Shown here one piece after another: positions 1-9,035 of a stretch of 64,000 nucleotides of DNA. The DNA lies in the NCBI GenBank assembly GCA_963674735.2, contig CAXXQS010000001.1, positions 1,760,001-1,824,000 of the forward strand, written 5' to 3'. Both the position numbers and the translations under genes were made by a program. Numbering within the stretch: the stretch's first letter is position 1; each line of letters starts with the position of its first letter. This DNA comes from Myxococcota bacterium (GTDB lineage Bacteria; Myxococcota_A; SURF-8). The notes below the pieces were generated by a model, which saw only the letters and a list, made by a program, of their open reading frames with translations, did no database searches and was not told the DNA's origin.

Positions 1-152
1 TGATCATCGATAAAACCGGTAATTCCAACATCACCTTCATGGTGGCCGGCGCCCTGATGATCATTGCGGCCGTGTTGACTTTCGTCAGCCGCGCGATGGC
101 AAGCAAAGACCAAACGGTTGAAGAAGTAGTCGAGGCCTCTGCCAACGCTTAA
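1..152 (+). CDS. Partial CDS (3' end), probable MFS transporter
   Basis: Frame from nt 3 reads IIDKTGNSNITFMVAGALMIIAAVLTFVSRAM...*, a D-x-T-G motif plus last TM helix typical of MFS C-termini; TAA at 150-152. Confidence 0.6.
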   Translation, partial: IIDKTGNSNITFMVAGALMIIAAVLTFVSRAMASKDQTVEEVVEASANA

Positions 153-180
153 TCAACCAGTGGTATCCCTCCTTATCGGT

Positions 181-217
181 GGCCGCTTCCCTATTGGAAG
201 CGGCCGTTGATTTTTTA
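181..217 (+). terminator. Rho-independent terminator
   Basis: Stem GGCCGCTTCC / GGAAGCGGCC (181-205) followed by a T-rich tract. Confidence 0.75.
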
Positions 218-288
218 TGGAAGATCAAGGCTCGGATTCGCTTGCGTTGCATTCCGAGCGGTGGTAGAACGAGCCCACGGAGGTCACG

Positions 289-978
289 ATGTCGACAGCA
301 GATTCCATTCAGAAGCGATCCAAGCGTCCGATACGTAAGACGCTGCTTCAAGAGCTGTTTAATCTACCGAACCTTTTGACTTTAGGCCGGATTGCTGCCA
401 TCCCCTTCGTTTGCGCATTGATGCTGCAAGATACCCGCGTTTACGCCTTCATCGCCGCTTTGGTCTATTCCATCGCCGCTCTCACCGACATGGTCGATGG
501 ATACTTGGCCCGCAAAAAGCAACTCGTCACCCTCATCGGTAAATTTCTCGATCCCCTGGCCGACAAACTCATCGTCCTCACGATTCTTCTGACTTTACTG
601 GCCATGCGACGCATTCCTCTCTGGATCGTGGCCATCATTCTCGCACGCGAAATCACCATTACGGGTTTACGCGCCATCGCTTCTTCGGAAGGTATGGTTA
701 TCGATGCCAAACCGCTCGGTAAGTTTAAAACCGCGTTCCAGATGGTTGGCTTATTGGGACTGGTCATTCACTACACCTTCGGTATCAACCTGGGTTTTTA
801 CGTCGGCGATTTCAACTTCCGCCGTATCGGGATGTACTTTCTCCTGTTGTCGCTCTTTTTCAGCATCACTTCCGCTTTTGATTATCTCTATGGATTCGCA
901 AAAGAAATGAAACGTTTGCGGGCAAAGGCGGATCCGGAAGACTTCGAAGGCGATGACACGGACGACGCAGAATCATAA
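289..978 (+). CDS. pgsA: CDP-diacylglycerol--glycerol-3-phosphate 3-phosphatidyltransferase
   Basis: NLPNLLT start motif and CDP-alcohol phosphatidyltransferase signature DMVDGYLAR...GKFLDPLADK; GGAGG RBS. Confidence 0.93.
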   Translation: MSTADSIQKRSKRPIRKTLLQELFNLPNLLTLGRIAAIPFVCALMLQDTRVYAFIAALVYSIAALTDMVDGYLARKKQLVTLIGKFLDPLADKLIVLTILLTLLAMRRIPLWIVAIILAREITITGLRAIASSEGMVIDAKPLGKFKTAFQMVGLLGLVIHYTFGINLGFYVGDFNFRRIGMYFLLLSLFFSITSAFDYLYGFAKEMKRLRAKADPEDFEGDDTDDAES

Positions 979-1016
979 GCAATCCTACCAGGCCACAAGC
1001 AGCCAACTGACTCGAC

Positions 1017-1047
1017 AAAAAAAAGCCGGGGTCTCGACCCCAGCTTT
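1017..1047. terminator. Terminator between convergent genes, strongest on the minus strand
   Basis: A8 tract, then imperfect hairpin AGCCGGGG-TCTCGA-CCCCAGCT, then TT. Confidence 0.7.
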
Positions 1048-1067
1048 CATAATTGAAAATAATCCCG

Positions 1068-1535
1068 TTAGGCGAGACGTTTTCTCAGAAAATCCATTTT
1101 TTCCTGGCGCTGTGCCTGCATATGTTTGATCACGCCCTTTTCAATCTTCTTCCCGATCAGAGGAATGCCCACATCGATATTGATTTCATCGACGAACAGG
1201 CATTTATCGTCACCCTGCGGAATAATCGTCGTAGAGCCGTAGACATTCGATTTGGCTCCCAGTCCCTCGGCTGTACGAGTCCAGGTGTTTTTGTGATTTT
1301 GAAGATCCCAGTTGAACGTCATTTGCGCCGAGATCGTGCCGACACCCGGAATCGGCTCTTGCAGGTCCAGTTTCATCACGGCCCGATCTTCCGTTTTCTC
1401 GACCATCGTTGCCTTGGGATCGATCGCATTTTGCAACACACCCCATTCTTCGTTAAAACGCGGATCCAGCAGTTTCTCCATGATTGCGTCTACGGAGAAA
1501 TTGATTTCGTCTTTAAATTCAATACGTTGAGCCAT
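1068..1535 (-). CDS. START/SRPBCC-fold (DUF2505-like) putative ligand-binding protein
   Basis: 155 aa; C-terminal V-x-IPLIGKKIEK motif typical of DUF2505-type proteins; AGGAGG RBS. Confidence 0.65.
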   Translation of the reverse strand: MAQRIEFKDEINFSVDAIMEKLLDPRFNEEWGVLQNAIDPKATMVEKTEDRAVMKLDLQEPIPGVGTISAQMTFNWDLQNHKNTWTRTAEGLGAKSNVYGSTTIIPQGDDKCLFVDEINIDVGIPLIGKKIEKGVIKHMQAQRQEKMDFLRKRLA

Positions 1536-1633
1536 CTAAACCTCCTATCGAAATGTATTCCACCATCGGGTGAAGAACATTATAGAAAATGCCGCAACAC
1601 CCGGCAACTTTTTGGTGAAAATAGTCAAATCGG

Positions 1634-4246
1634 TCATGCACGCCGCTGTCGCCTGCGACGTCCCCCAGGTCGCACAGCCGGGAGCCTATCAGCTGCTTTC
1701 GCTCCTCGGTGAGACTTCACTCCACCGGGGGGTCGCGCGGCACGTCGAAACTCTGGCTCTCCTGCAATCGCTTTCGCCGCCAAAATAGGATTGACGGCGA
1801 ACCACAGACGAAAGGCGTGCCTTTCCACGTTGTACATCAACTCATCGAACAAAATCCCCGCCTCACGCCGGAATTCCACCAACGGATCGAGATTTCCATA
1901 CCCGCGCAACCCGATACCTTCATCGATCCGCTCCAGATCAGTCAGGTATTGTGTCCAAAGCTTATCGAGAACCTGTAGGAGCGTCTGCCGCTCCCAATCC
2001 ATCAGGGCTTCGTCAGAGGGGCCGCCAAAACGCTGCAGGTATCGTCTCATCAACAGGTCTTCCGCCTCATCTCCGTTCAGCGGAGCTTTCTCTTCCGACC
2101 CCAAAGTCTGACCTGAAATGACCTCGACAATCTTGCTCCACACATTCCCCTTTACAGCGTCAAGACCGACATCACCTGTTTCATCCGATTCGGATATCCG
2201 GCGCAGGATCGCCTCTTTTACACGCGGCATCAGATCATGCAGCAAGTCACGGACGCTCTCCCGCCAATCTTCCATGTCACGCGCGCCAAGCAAACTGCGC
2301 CGCCAGCTCCAGGCGGTTTCGCGCTGCTCGTGAATCACCGTGTCATATTTCAACACTTCAAAGCGGACAGCCTCATTCTCGACCACCACCTTTTCCCGCA
2401 GAGCACTCAATATCGCTTCAACCTGCGGATTCTCCACCGGATCGTCATCCGGAAGTTCTGCACACATTTCCTGTAACTGTTTAAGCGCGCCCATCTGCCC
2501 AAATGCTCGATAGATCGGATCTTCGAAGGAGACGAAAAAAGCCGACGAGCCCGGATCTCCCTGACGTCCGGCACGACCGCGCAATTGATTATCCAGCCGG
2601 ACCGACTCGTGTTCACCGGTTCCGATTACATACAAGCCTCCCGCAGCCATGATGCGCTTTTGCTCCTGCGCACAAACATCCCGGTAACGTTCGAGAGCCT
2701 GCGAATACGCGGGGCTGCCGAGCAACCCCTCCCCTTCTGCCAGCTTCTCCGGATTCCCGCCCAAAATGATATCGGTACCGCGTCCAGCCATGTTGGTTGA
2801 AACCGTAACCGCCCCCATCCGTCCGGCCTGCGCAACAATGGCCGCTTCCTGGTCATCCTGCTTGGCATTGAGCACTTGATGAGGAATTTCCGTCTGATCG
2901 AGCAAGCGGGACAGTTGCTCGGACTCACGCACCGACACACTCCCAACTAGAATGGGACGACCAAGCGCATGCGCCTCGGCGATCTCCCGCACGACAGCAC
3001 GCTGTTTGGCAGCTAACGTTTTGAACACCAACCGCCGATAATCCTTGCGAATCATGGGCTTATGAGAAGGGATACGCCGCGTTTTTCTAAAATAGACCTT
3101 GCGAAACTCCTCGCGCTCAGAATAGGCCGTACCGGTCATGCCGCAAAGCCCCGGATAACCCCGAAAAAAGTGCTGGTAGCTGGTCTTGGCCAGGGTGACA
3201 TCTTCCCCCTGGATTTCCACTCGTTCTTTGGCTTCCAGTGCCTGGTGCAAGCCATCCGAGAAACGTTTGTCGGGAGAAACACGACCGGTATATTCGTCCA
3301 CGATGTGCACCCGCCCCTCTTCGACAATGTAGTCCACATCGTTTTCATAAACAGCATGAGCTTGTAACGCTTGATGGGCGGCGTGCATCCAGTGCAGGTT
3401 GTCCGGATGGGCAAGAGACCCCACCCCAAGGGCCGCTTCCAGTCGCGTCAAGCCTTCATCCGTGAGCGAGGCGGTACGGCTCTTCCGATCGACCGTATAG
3501 TCCCGCTGCGCGCTTAGACGGCGCAAGGCATGATCAACGGTCTGGAAATAGCGTGGATTTTCGTCACTGGGTCCACTGATGATAAGAGGCGTTTGCGCTT
3601 CGTCGATCAGAATCAGGTCGACTTCATCGACGATGCAAAAATTGAAGCCACGCTGCACCACTTCTTCTGCCGTAGCGGCGAGGTTATCCCGAAGGAAATC
3701 GAATACCAGTTCGTGGTTGGTTGCATACGTGATATCACAGGCATAGGCGGCACGCCGCGCGACCAGCTCTTCCTCATAGGATTGGCCCATTTCCTCCTGA
3801 ATCACTCCCACCGAAAGACCAAGCAAGCGATACACTCGCCCCATCCATTCCGCATCGCGCGTAGCCAGATAGTCGTTGACCGTAACCACATGAACGCCTT
3901 GACCGCCCATTGCATGCAGGACCGCCGCCAAGGTGGCAACCAGGGTTTTGCCTTCGCCCGTGGCCATTTCAACGATACGGCCGCGAGCCAACTCGATTCC
4001 ACCGATCAACTGAACATCGAAATGGCGCATATTCAGGCTGCGCCGAGCCGCTTCGCGCACCAAAGCGAAGCTCTCGGGTAAAAGCGCCATCAATGACTCG
4101 CCCTTCGCCAGGCGCTGCTTTAAAAGTTGAAGGGAAGTCGCCAGTTCTCCATCGGGAATGGCTCTGAATGACTCTTCTAAACAGTTGATTCGCCGCAGCA
4201 GCGATCGATCGGACGCTTCGAATAAGCCTTTAAATAACGACCACAT
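1634..4246 (-). CDS. secA: Preprotein translocase ATPase SecA, divergent paralog (SecA2-like)
   Basis: MRHFDVQLIGG, EMATGEGKT, VTVNDYLA, DEVD, GMTGTA, TNMAGRGTDI, QLRGRAGRQGDPG. No C-terminal CPCGSGKKYK motif. Start moved to ATG at 4246 to avoid overlap with the upstream gene. Confidence 0.9.
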   Translation of the reverse strand: MWSLFKGLFEASDRSLLRRINCLEESFRAIPDGELATSLQLLKQRLAKGESLMALLPESFALVREAARRSLNMRHFDVQLIGGIELARGRIVEMATGEGKTLVATLAAVLHAMGGQGVHVVTVNDYLATRDAEWMGRVYRLLGLSVGVIQEEMGQSYEEELVARRAAYACDITYATNHELVFDFLRDNLAATAEEVVQRGFNFCIVDEVDLILIDEAQTPLIISGPSDENPRYFQTVDHALRRLSAQRDYTVDRKSRTASLTDEGLTRLEAALGVGSLAHPDNLHWMHAAHQALQAHAVYENDVDYIVEEGRVHIVDEYTGRVSPDKRFSDGLHQALEAKERVEIQGEDVTLAKTSYQHFFRGYPGLCGMTGTAYSEREEFRKVYFRKTRRIPSHKPMIRKDYRRLVFKTLAAKQRAVVREIAEAHALGRPILVGSVSVRESEQLSRLLDQTEIPHQVLNAKQDDQEAAIVAQAGRMGAVTVSTNMAGRGTDIILGGNPEKLAEGEGLLGSPAYSQALERYRDVCAQEQKRIMAAGGLYVIGTGEHESVRLDNQLRGRAGRQGDPGSSAFFVSFEDPIYRAFGQMGALKQLQEMCAELPDDDPVENPQVEAILSALREKVVVENEAVRFEVLKYDTVIHEQRETAWSWRRSLLGARDMEDWRESVRDLLHDLMPRVKEAILRRISESDETGDVGLDAVKGNVWSKIVEVISGQTLGSEEKAPLNGDEAEDLLMRRYLQRFGGPSDEALMDWERQTLLQVLDKLWTQYLTDLERIDEGIGLRGYGNLDPLVEFRREAGILFDELMYNVERHAFRLWFAVNPILAAKAIAGEPEFRRAARPPGGVKSHRGAKAADRLPAVRPGGRRRRQRRA

Positions 4247-4253
4247 AGAGGGA

Positions 4254-7200
4254 TCAACCCTGGCCGTGGCGTCGCCGGAAAAGCAGGAATGCCAGTAAAG
4301 CCAAGCCAAACAACCCAACCATAGCCCCATTGCCGGACCCGTGGCGGCAGTTACTCGCATCGGCGGTGTTGGGGGTTAACGAATCGCCGTCGGCTTGACT
4401 GCTCAGACTATCCGAATAGTTGTCGTACATTTCCTTGATCCGTTCGGCCACCGGTTTCCAACTCACGCGATTCATGTGATACAGCCCCATCGAATCGACG
4501 CCGCTAACCTGGCTATACGAATCATACAGCGAACCCCAGGTGGCATTGAAGACAAACCCCGTTGATTGCACCCAGCCATCCTCTTGAACCTGAGCGGTTT
4601 CTTGAACGGCGGTCCAGACCGCCTCGGCGACGTCGAGTTGCCGTCCGGCCTGTTCTCCGTTGGGAGCCGATTCGCTACCGAATTCCGTCAACATGATGGG
4701 TTTGTTAGGATAATCATCGCGAACCTGTTCCAGGAAAGCAAGCGTTTCCGACTCCGCATCTTCACCGTAAAGCACTCCGAAATAGGTCGTCGCACCGATG
4801 ACGTCGACTTCTTCAAACGTTTCACCCCCACCGGAATCGTAGTTATTCGCGTCCAACGATTGCGTGACCAGACGTCCGTCTGGGTAATTGTCGTCGAGAT
4901 CTTCATGCAGCGACCGGATAAACCCACCAAGAGCATTGGCATCGGGCTGTGGTTGACACTCGGTGCAGGCCCCCCACAGTACAATACTGGAGCGATTTCT
5001 CAGGGTAAAAGCCATTTCACGCCACGTCTGCAAAGCCAATGGGCGTTGTGTTTCGGCCTCGTAATCGGCCTCGGTCATCCACCAGGCCGGAATGTCCACC
5101 ATCGCCGCCAGCCCCAGACGATCCGCCAGAACGTAAGTGTCGGGGTGATTGGGATAGCGACCTGAACGCAAGAGCCGCCCCCCCAATTGTTTCGTCTGCG
5201 CCAGATCGTTACGGATCTGCAACCAGGTCATACTGCGGCCGCTGAGAGGCGAATCTTCATCCCGTGCAATGCCGGGCAAGAAAGCCACCTGATTGTTGAA
5301 GAGCCAGCGACCCGAGTCGTCCACATCAACACCGCGTAGGCCGGTCTGGGTGATGAAACGGTCAAGCACCGTTCCGTTTCCATCTAGCAGTGAGACCCGA
5401 ACGCCGTACAAACGCGGATTCCAGGGGTCCCACTCCAGATTATCCAAAATCACAGGCTGAACACTCGCCCCCGCCAGACCTCCGGCTTTCAGGGTGAACT
5501 CATGGTTGTCCACCCCGCCCAAATCGTAAATCCCGTTCAATAACGTTTCGATATCGGCTCCTTCGTAATACCCTTTCGTCTCGGCTCTCAAGGCGTAGAT
5601 ATCCACTTCAAGGTGTGCCTCAATATCACGGTCCACCAGGTTCCGAACGACGGCGTCGATCATCAATTCGCCGCTGAAACCACGCGGCACCACACTGACG
5701 CTGGCCAAGACCGCTGTTTTACCGGTATTGAGCGACTCCCAGTAAATGTCTCGGGGTACACCCGCATACGGCATCCAATCGGCTTCATGGGTGGGCGGCA
5801 GCATGCCGGGAACCGTCCCCGGACGCGGATTATCGACACGTAGAACCAGAGTTATCTGATCGCGATCAGCCAAGGCATCCGGTAATGGCATTACGATAGG
5901 CGTGTAAGGGCCTTCGTGATAACCGAGATAGCGGCCATCGGCCCAGACATCAACCACATATCCCGCCCCAAGCATCACCAATCTCGCCGCTTTGCCTCCA
6001 CTCGGAGCGGGGACTTCCCGGCGATACCACACTCCACCGAAATATTGCTCCGGACCCGATTCAAATCCGGCGGAACACAACTTGTTTTCCACACCCGGTA
6101 ACGCGATGGAAGTCCAATCATCATCGTCATACTCAGGCAAAACAGCGCCGCCCGATTCCGCTTCCAAAAGTGCGAGAGTCGCCTCATCGCGCTTGGCAAA
6201 CGTCAGCCGGTGGTCCAATTCCATGCGTCGCTTTTTCCATACACCATTCAGATCCAGCCGATTGTACTGGGAAAAAGCCACATCCGACAAAATCTCACCG
6301 TTTTGATAAAGGACTGGAATATCATCGATCTCACCCAGTTCGGTTGTCAATTCGAGCGTAACGGCTTCCGATTCGGCCAACGCAGGCAAGACCTCGATCG
6401 GAAACAATTGAGTCTGCAAAGCATAGCCTTGAAGTGCGCTCAGCCGCACCCAATAGTGACCGGGATGCATAGCCGACTGTTCTCCCTCCTCCGAACGGGG
6501 GGTCAGCGACACCAACCCTTCGAAATCGTTACCGCTTTGAGCCTGAGCCTCAAGGGCTTCGGCCGCCTCGATCGAATACTCGCTTTGCAGTGGCAAGTTA
6601 ACCCCGGCATCGTAATACCAGGTTTGCCCGATACGAGCATGCCCGAGTGGCTCGGAGACAATCGGCTCAAAGGGTGATTGTCCGGTAAAACGCGCCTCGA
6701 AAGGAGACTGATCCTCCCCGACCACGCGCTCGATAAGCCGTCGCCATACGTCGGCCGATTCCACCTGGTAAGTCCAGGCCAGCGACCCGGCCAAAAGAAT
6801 ATCCAGTTCTTTTTTTTCCGCGACGAATTTACTCTCGACTCCATACACCTGCGCAGTAAGAATGTGAATGGCGTGCAAACTTCCAAGCGCAAGGTCTGTA
6901 AGTAAAGACAAACGCATGGCCAGTTCATCGGATAATTCCCGCGCCGTCATGTTTCGAGAAAACGCATCAGCCAACTCGACCAACGCCAACAGGTCGTCGA
7001 CCAGGGCGGACGATGCGGCGGCGATCTCTTCTTCATTACGCACAGCAAACGCCGCTAAAAGGGTGTCGATCTTTCCATCGATCTCGGGGATGGCATCGCG
7101 CTCTTGGAATAAACGCGGGTTGGTGCTGAAGTAATCCCGTAGCAACTCGTACGTTTCAACCGGCAAAGACGGGTCGATGGCCTGGCGCAATTTCTCGACC

Positions 7201-8822
7201 CCGAAAGACGCGGCGTCGTAACGATCGGGATGGTGGCACAACTCGGCATAAGAAGCCAGCGCAAACAGTGAGGCGATTCCCTGCGACATGGGATTGACGA
7301 GCAGACCGTCCAGTTCCTCCAGCAAGGCCGCCGAGCGACCCGCGACCGGAGCCAGGGAGAGCCGAAGCCCCAAATCGGCATCGTTGGCCGGGTAATTGTC
7401 CCACAACCAAACCGGATGCTCAGTGAGCTGCTTGAAACTACGGACGGAATCGGCCTTGATCTCCGGACTAAAAATCCCCTCCCCCGTCCAGGCAAACGCT
7501 ACATCCGAATCCACGTCACGCAAGGCCTGCAAATAAGCCTTTTCATCGGCATCCAACGTTCCAGCCGTCCCGATGTAAACGGTCGGAACAAAGAGAAGCC
7601 GTGCGACCGTATTTTGAGCTTTCAGCCAGCCATTCAAGTTGTTGGTCAACGCAGCATGATTGCTTCCCAGCGAAGCCGTCACATCCGTCTCGATGTCGTC
7701 CATCAATAGAACGAAATTCGTATAACCAAGATCCATCAACTGAGACAATTTGGCGGTTAAACGATTGAAATCGGAATCGGAAAGCGGATCGATATCCAGT
7801 CCCGGAGAAATCCCGAAAAAGATATCCACACCCGACCCGCGCCCGGTCTCTAAAAGCTTCACAAAATGGGTTGTCTGCTCTTCGCTATAAAGTTCGCGCC
7901 ATTTGGAACGGTGTTTTTCGTCGTTTTTCGGCGCATAGATGTAGGTATTCATCCCCCAGGAACCGATACGCCGAACGATCATTTCCCGCACCCGAGGTGT
8001 CCACGGCTGACCGTAGAAACCTTCGACCACACCACTCATGGCTACTGCCGCATCATCAACGGACGGCAAAGCTTCGACGACCGTTTCAGCCGACCACTCC
8101 CCGGCCATTCCCAGATAATCGACGGCCCGCACACGATACGTACACGGCTCCACCTCGCGGGGCCAGTCGCTCTCGCTCGTCGAGGTACGCGACCAGATGA
8201 CGGCATCGGCATCGCCACAGCGCCGTTCGATGTCGTAATGATGAGCGCTTGGCGTTGGCGTCCAGGAGAGCGTCAACGGGAATGATTCAGCCTCGACGCT
8301 GAGTTGAGGTAGGGCTCCAAGATCATCCGCGTCACGAGCAAACACTGAAATCCCAGCCACATCGATTTCATCGGGGTACAACCAAATCCGCACGACACGT
8401 ACATTATTCAGCGTTTGTATCGGCTGAATCACCGAAACATCCGTTTCCGTAATCGTTTTCGATGCAATGGGAATCTGCGTCAACCGGTCAGGCCCCGCCG
8501 TCACCGTGACTTTCTGGGCAGGGGTATCTCCCCAGCGAAGTTCGATTCGGTCGATCTCCAAGGCAATGGTCGCATCATTCGACGATAGATCCAACAGCAG
8601 TTCCGTACGTCGATCCACCGCCGACCGCCAAACCGTTCCGTCGTCGCCATCCCGCAGATTTCTCGATCCCTGATTGTAGTCGAGAGGAACATCCATCAAG
8701 ACACCAGTTCCGGAAGTCTGCAACAGCGCCTGGGGGGCAAGGTCCAACTCGGCCCACGCCAGAGAGGACCATAAAAGCAGCAGACCAACACTCCAACACC
8801 CGATCGACCGTCTATTCGACAT
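4254..8822 (-). CDS. Secreted multidomain glycosidase: discoidin-like + FN3-like + GH84 beta-N-acetylglucosaminidase + GH2 (beta-glucuronidase/galactosidase-like), C-terminal sorting signal
   Basis: Signal peptide ending AWA; GH84 motifs GVVEGFYGQPW, YIYAPKND, GISPG, LLMDDI, WDNYPAND; GH2 motifs LNGVW, GGVWYRR, HEGPYTP, GVPRDI, PIMLTEFG; tail C-x(10)-TM-RRR. Confidence 0.85.
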   Translation of the reverse strand: MSNRRSIGCWSVGLLLLWSSLAWAELDLAPQALLQTSGTGVLMDVPLDYNQGSRNLRDGDDGTVWRSAVDRRTELLLDLSSNDATIALEIDRIELRWGDTPAQKVTVTAGPDRLTQIPIASKTITETDVSVIQPIQTLNNVRVVRIWLYPDEIDVAGISVFARDADDLGALPQLSVEAESFPLTLSWTPTPSAHHYDIERRCGDADAVIWSRTSTSESDWPREVEPCTYRVRAVDYLGMAGEWSAETVVEALPSVDDAAVAMSGVVEGFYGQPWTPRVREMIVRRIGSWGMNTYIYAPKNDEKHRSKWRELYSEEQTTHFVKLLETGRGSGVDIFFGISPGLDIDPLSDSDFNRLTAKLSQLMDLGYTNFVLLMDDIETDVTASLGSNHAALTNNLNGWLKAQNTVARLLFVPTVYIGTAGTLDADEKAYLQALRDVDSDVAFAWTGEGIFSPEIKADSVRSFKQLTEHPVWLWDNYPANDADLGLRLSLAPVAGRSAALLEELDGLLVNPMSQGIASLFALASYAELCHHPDRYDAASFGVEKLRQAIDPSLPVETYELLRDYFSTNPRLFQERDAIPEIDGKIDTLLAAFAVRNEEEIAAASSALVDDLLALVELADAFSRNMTARELSDELAMRLSLLTDLALGSLHAIHILTAQVYGVESKFVAEKKELDILLAGSLAWTYQVESADVWRRLIERVVGEDQSPFEARFTGQSPFEPIVSEPLGHARIGQTWYYDAGVNLPLQSEYSIEAAEALEAQAQSGNDFEGLVSLTPRSEEGEQSAMHPGHYWVRLSALQGYALQTQLFPIEVLPALAESEAVTLELTTELGEIDDIPVLYQNGEILSDVAFSQYNRLDLNGVWKKRRMELDHRLTFAKRDEATLALLEAESGGAVLPEYDDDDWTSIALPGVENKLCSAGFESGPEQYFGGVWYRREVPAPSGGKAARLVMLGAGYVVDVWADGRYLGYHEGPYTPIVMPLPDALADRDQITLVLRVDNPRPGTVPGMLPPTHEADWMPYAGVPRDIYWESLNTGKTAVLASVSVVPRGFSGELMIDAVVRNLVDRDIEAHLEVDIYALRAETKGYYEGADIETLLNGIYDLGGVDNHEFTLKAGGLAGASVQPVILDNLEWDPWNPRLYGVRVSLLDGNGTVLDRFITQTGLRGVDVDDSGRWLFNNQVAFLPGIARDEDSPLSGRSMTWLQIRNDLAQTKQLGGRLLRSGRYPNHPDTYVLADRLGLAAMVDIPAWWMTEADYEAETQRPLALQTWREMAFTLRNRSSIVLWGACTECQPQPDANALGGFIRSLHEDLDDNYPDGRLVTQSLDANNYDSGGGETFEEVDVIGATTYFGVLYGEDAESETLAFLEQVRDDYPNKPIMLTEFGSESAPNGEQAGRQLDVAEAVWTAVQETAQVQEDGWVQSTGFVFNATWGSLYDSYSQVSGVDSMGLYHMNRVSWKPVAERIKEMYDNYSDSLSSQADGDSLTPNTADASNCRHGSGNGAMVGLFGLALLAFLLFRRRHGQG

Positions 8823-9035
8823 CGTTCCTCCAGCATGGGGGATAGCAAGACTCTTTGGACATCTACACCCGTCTAAAAAACGACGAGTGAAACAACGCCG
8901 TGTTACGGCAGCCTAAGCTGATTGGTAGGAGAGTAGCGAAACTTGAGAATATATTCAAGCCATTCTCGGGTGTCCATTGACAGGACACGGCACAGGATGG
9001 CATGTTGCAGGATTTTCTTGTTTATTATCAGTGTG

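Noticed and set aside
4247-4360. N-terminal extension of the SecA ORF with an apparent hydrophobic segment
   Set aside because: It overlaps the 3' end of the glycosidase gene in another frame; the ATG at 4246 gives a normal SecA N-terminus.
8860-9000. Several short hairpins upstream of the giant glycosidase
   Set aside because: Stems of only 5-6 bp with no riboswitch consensus; compatible with chance or operator sites.
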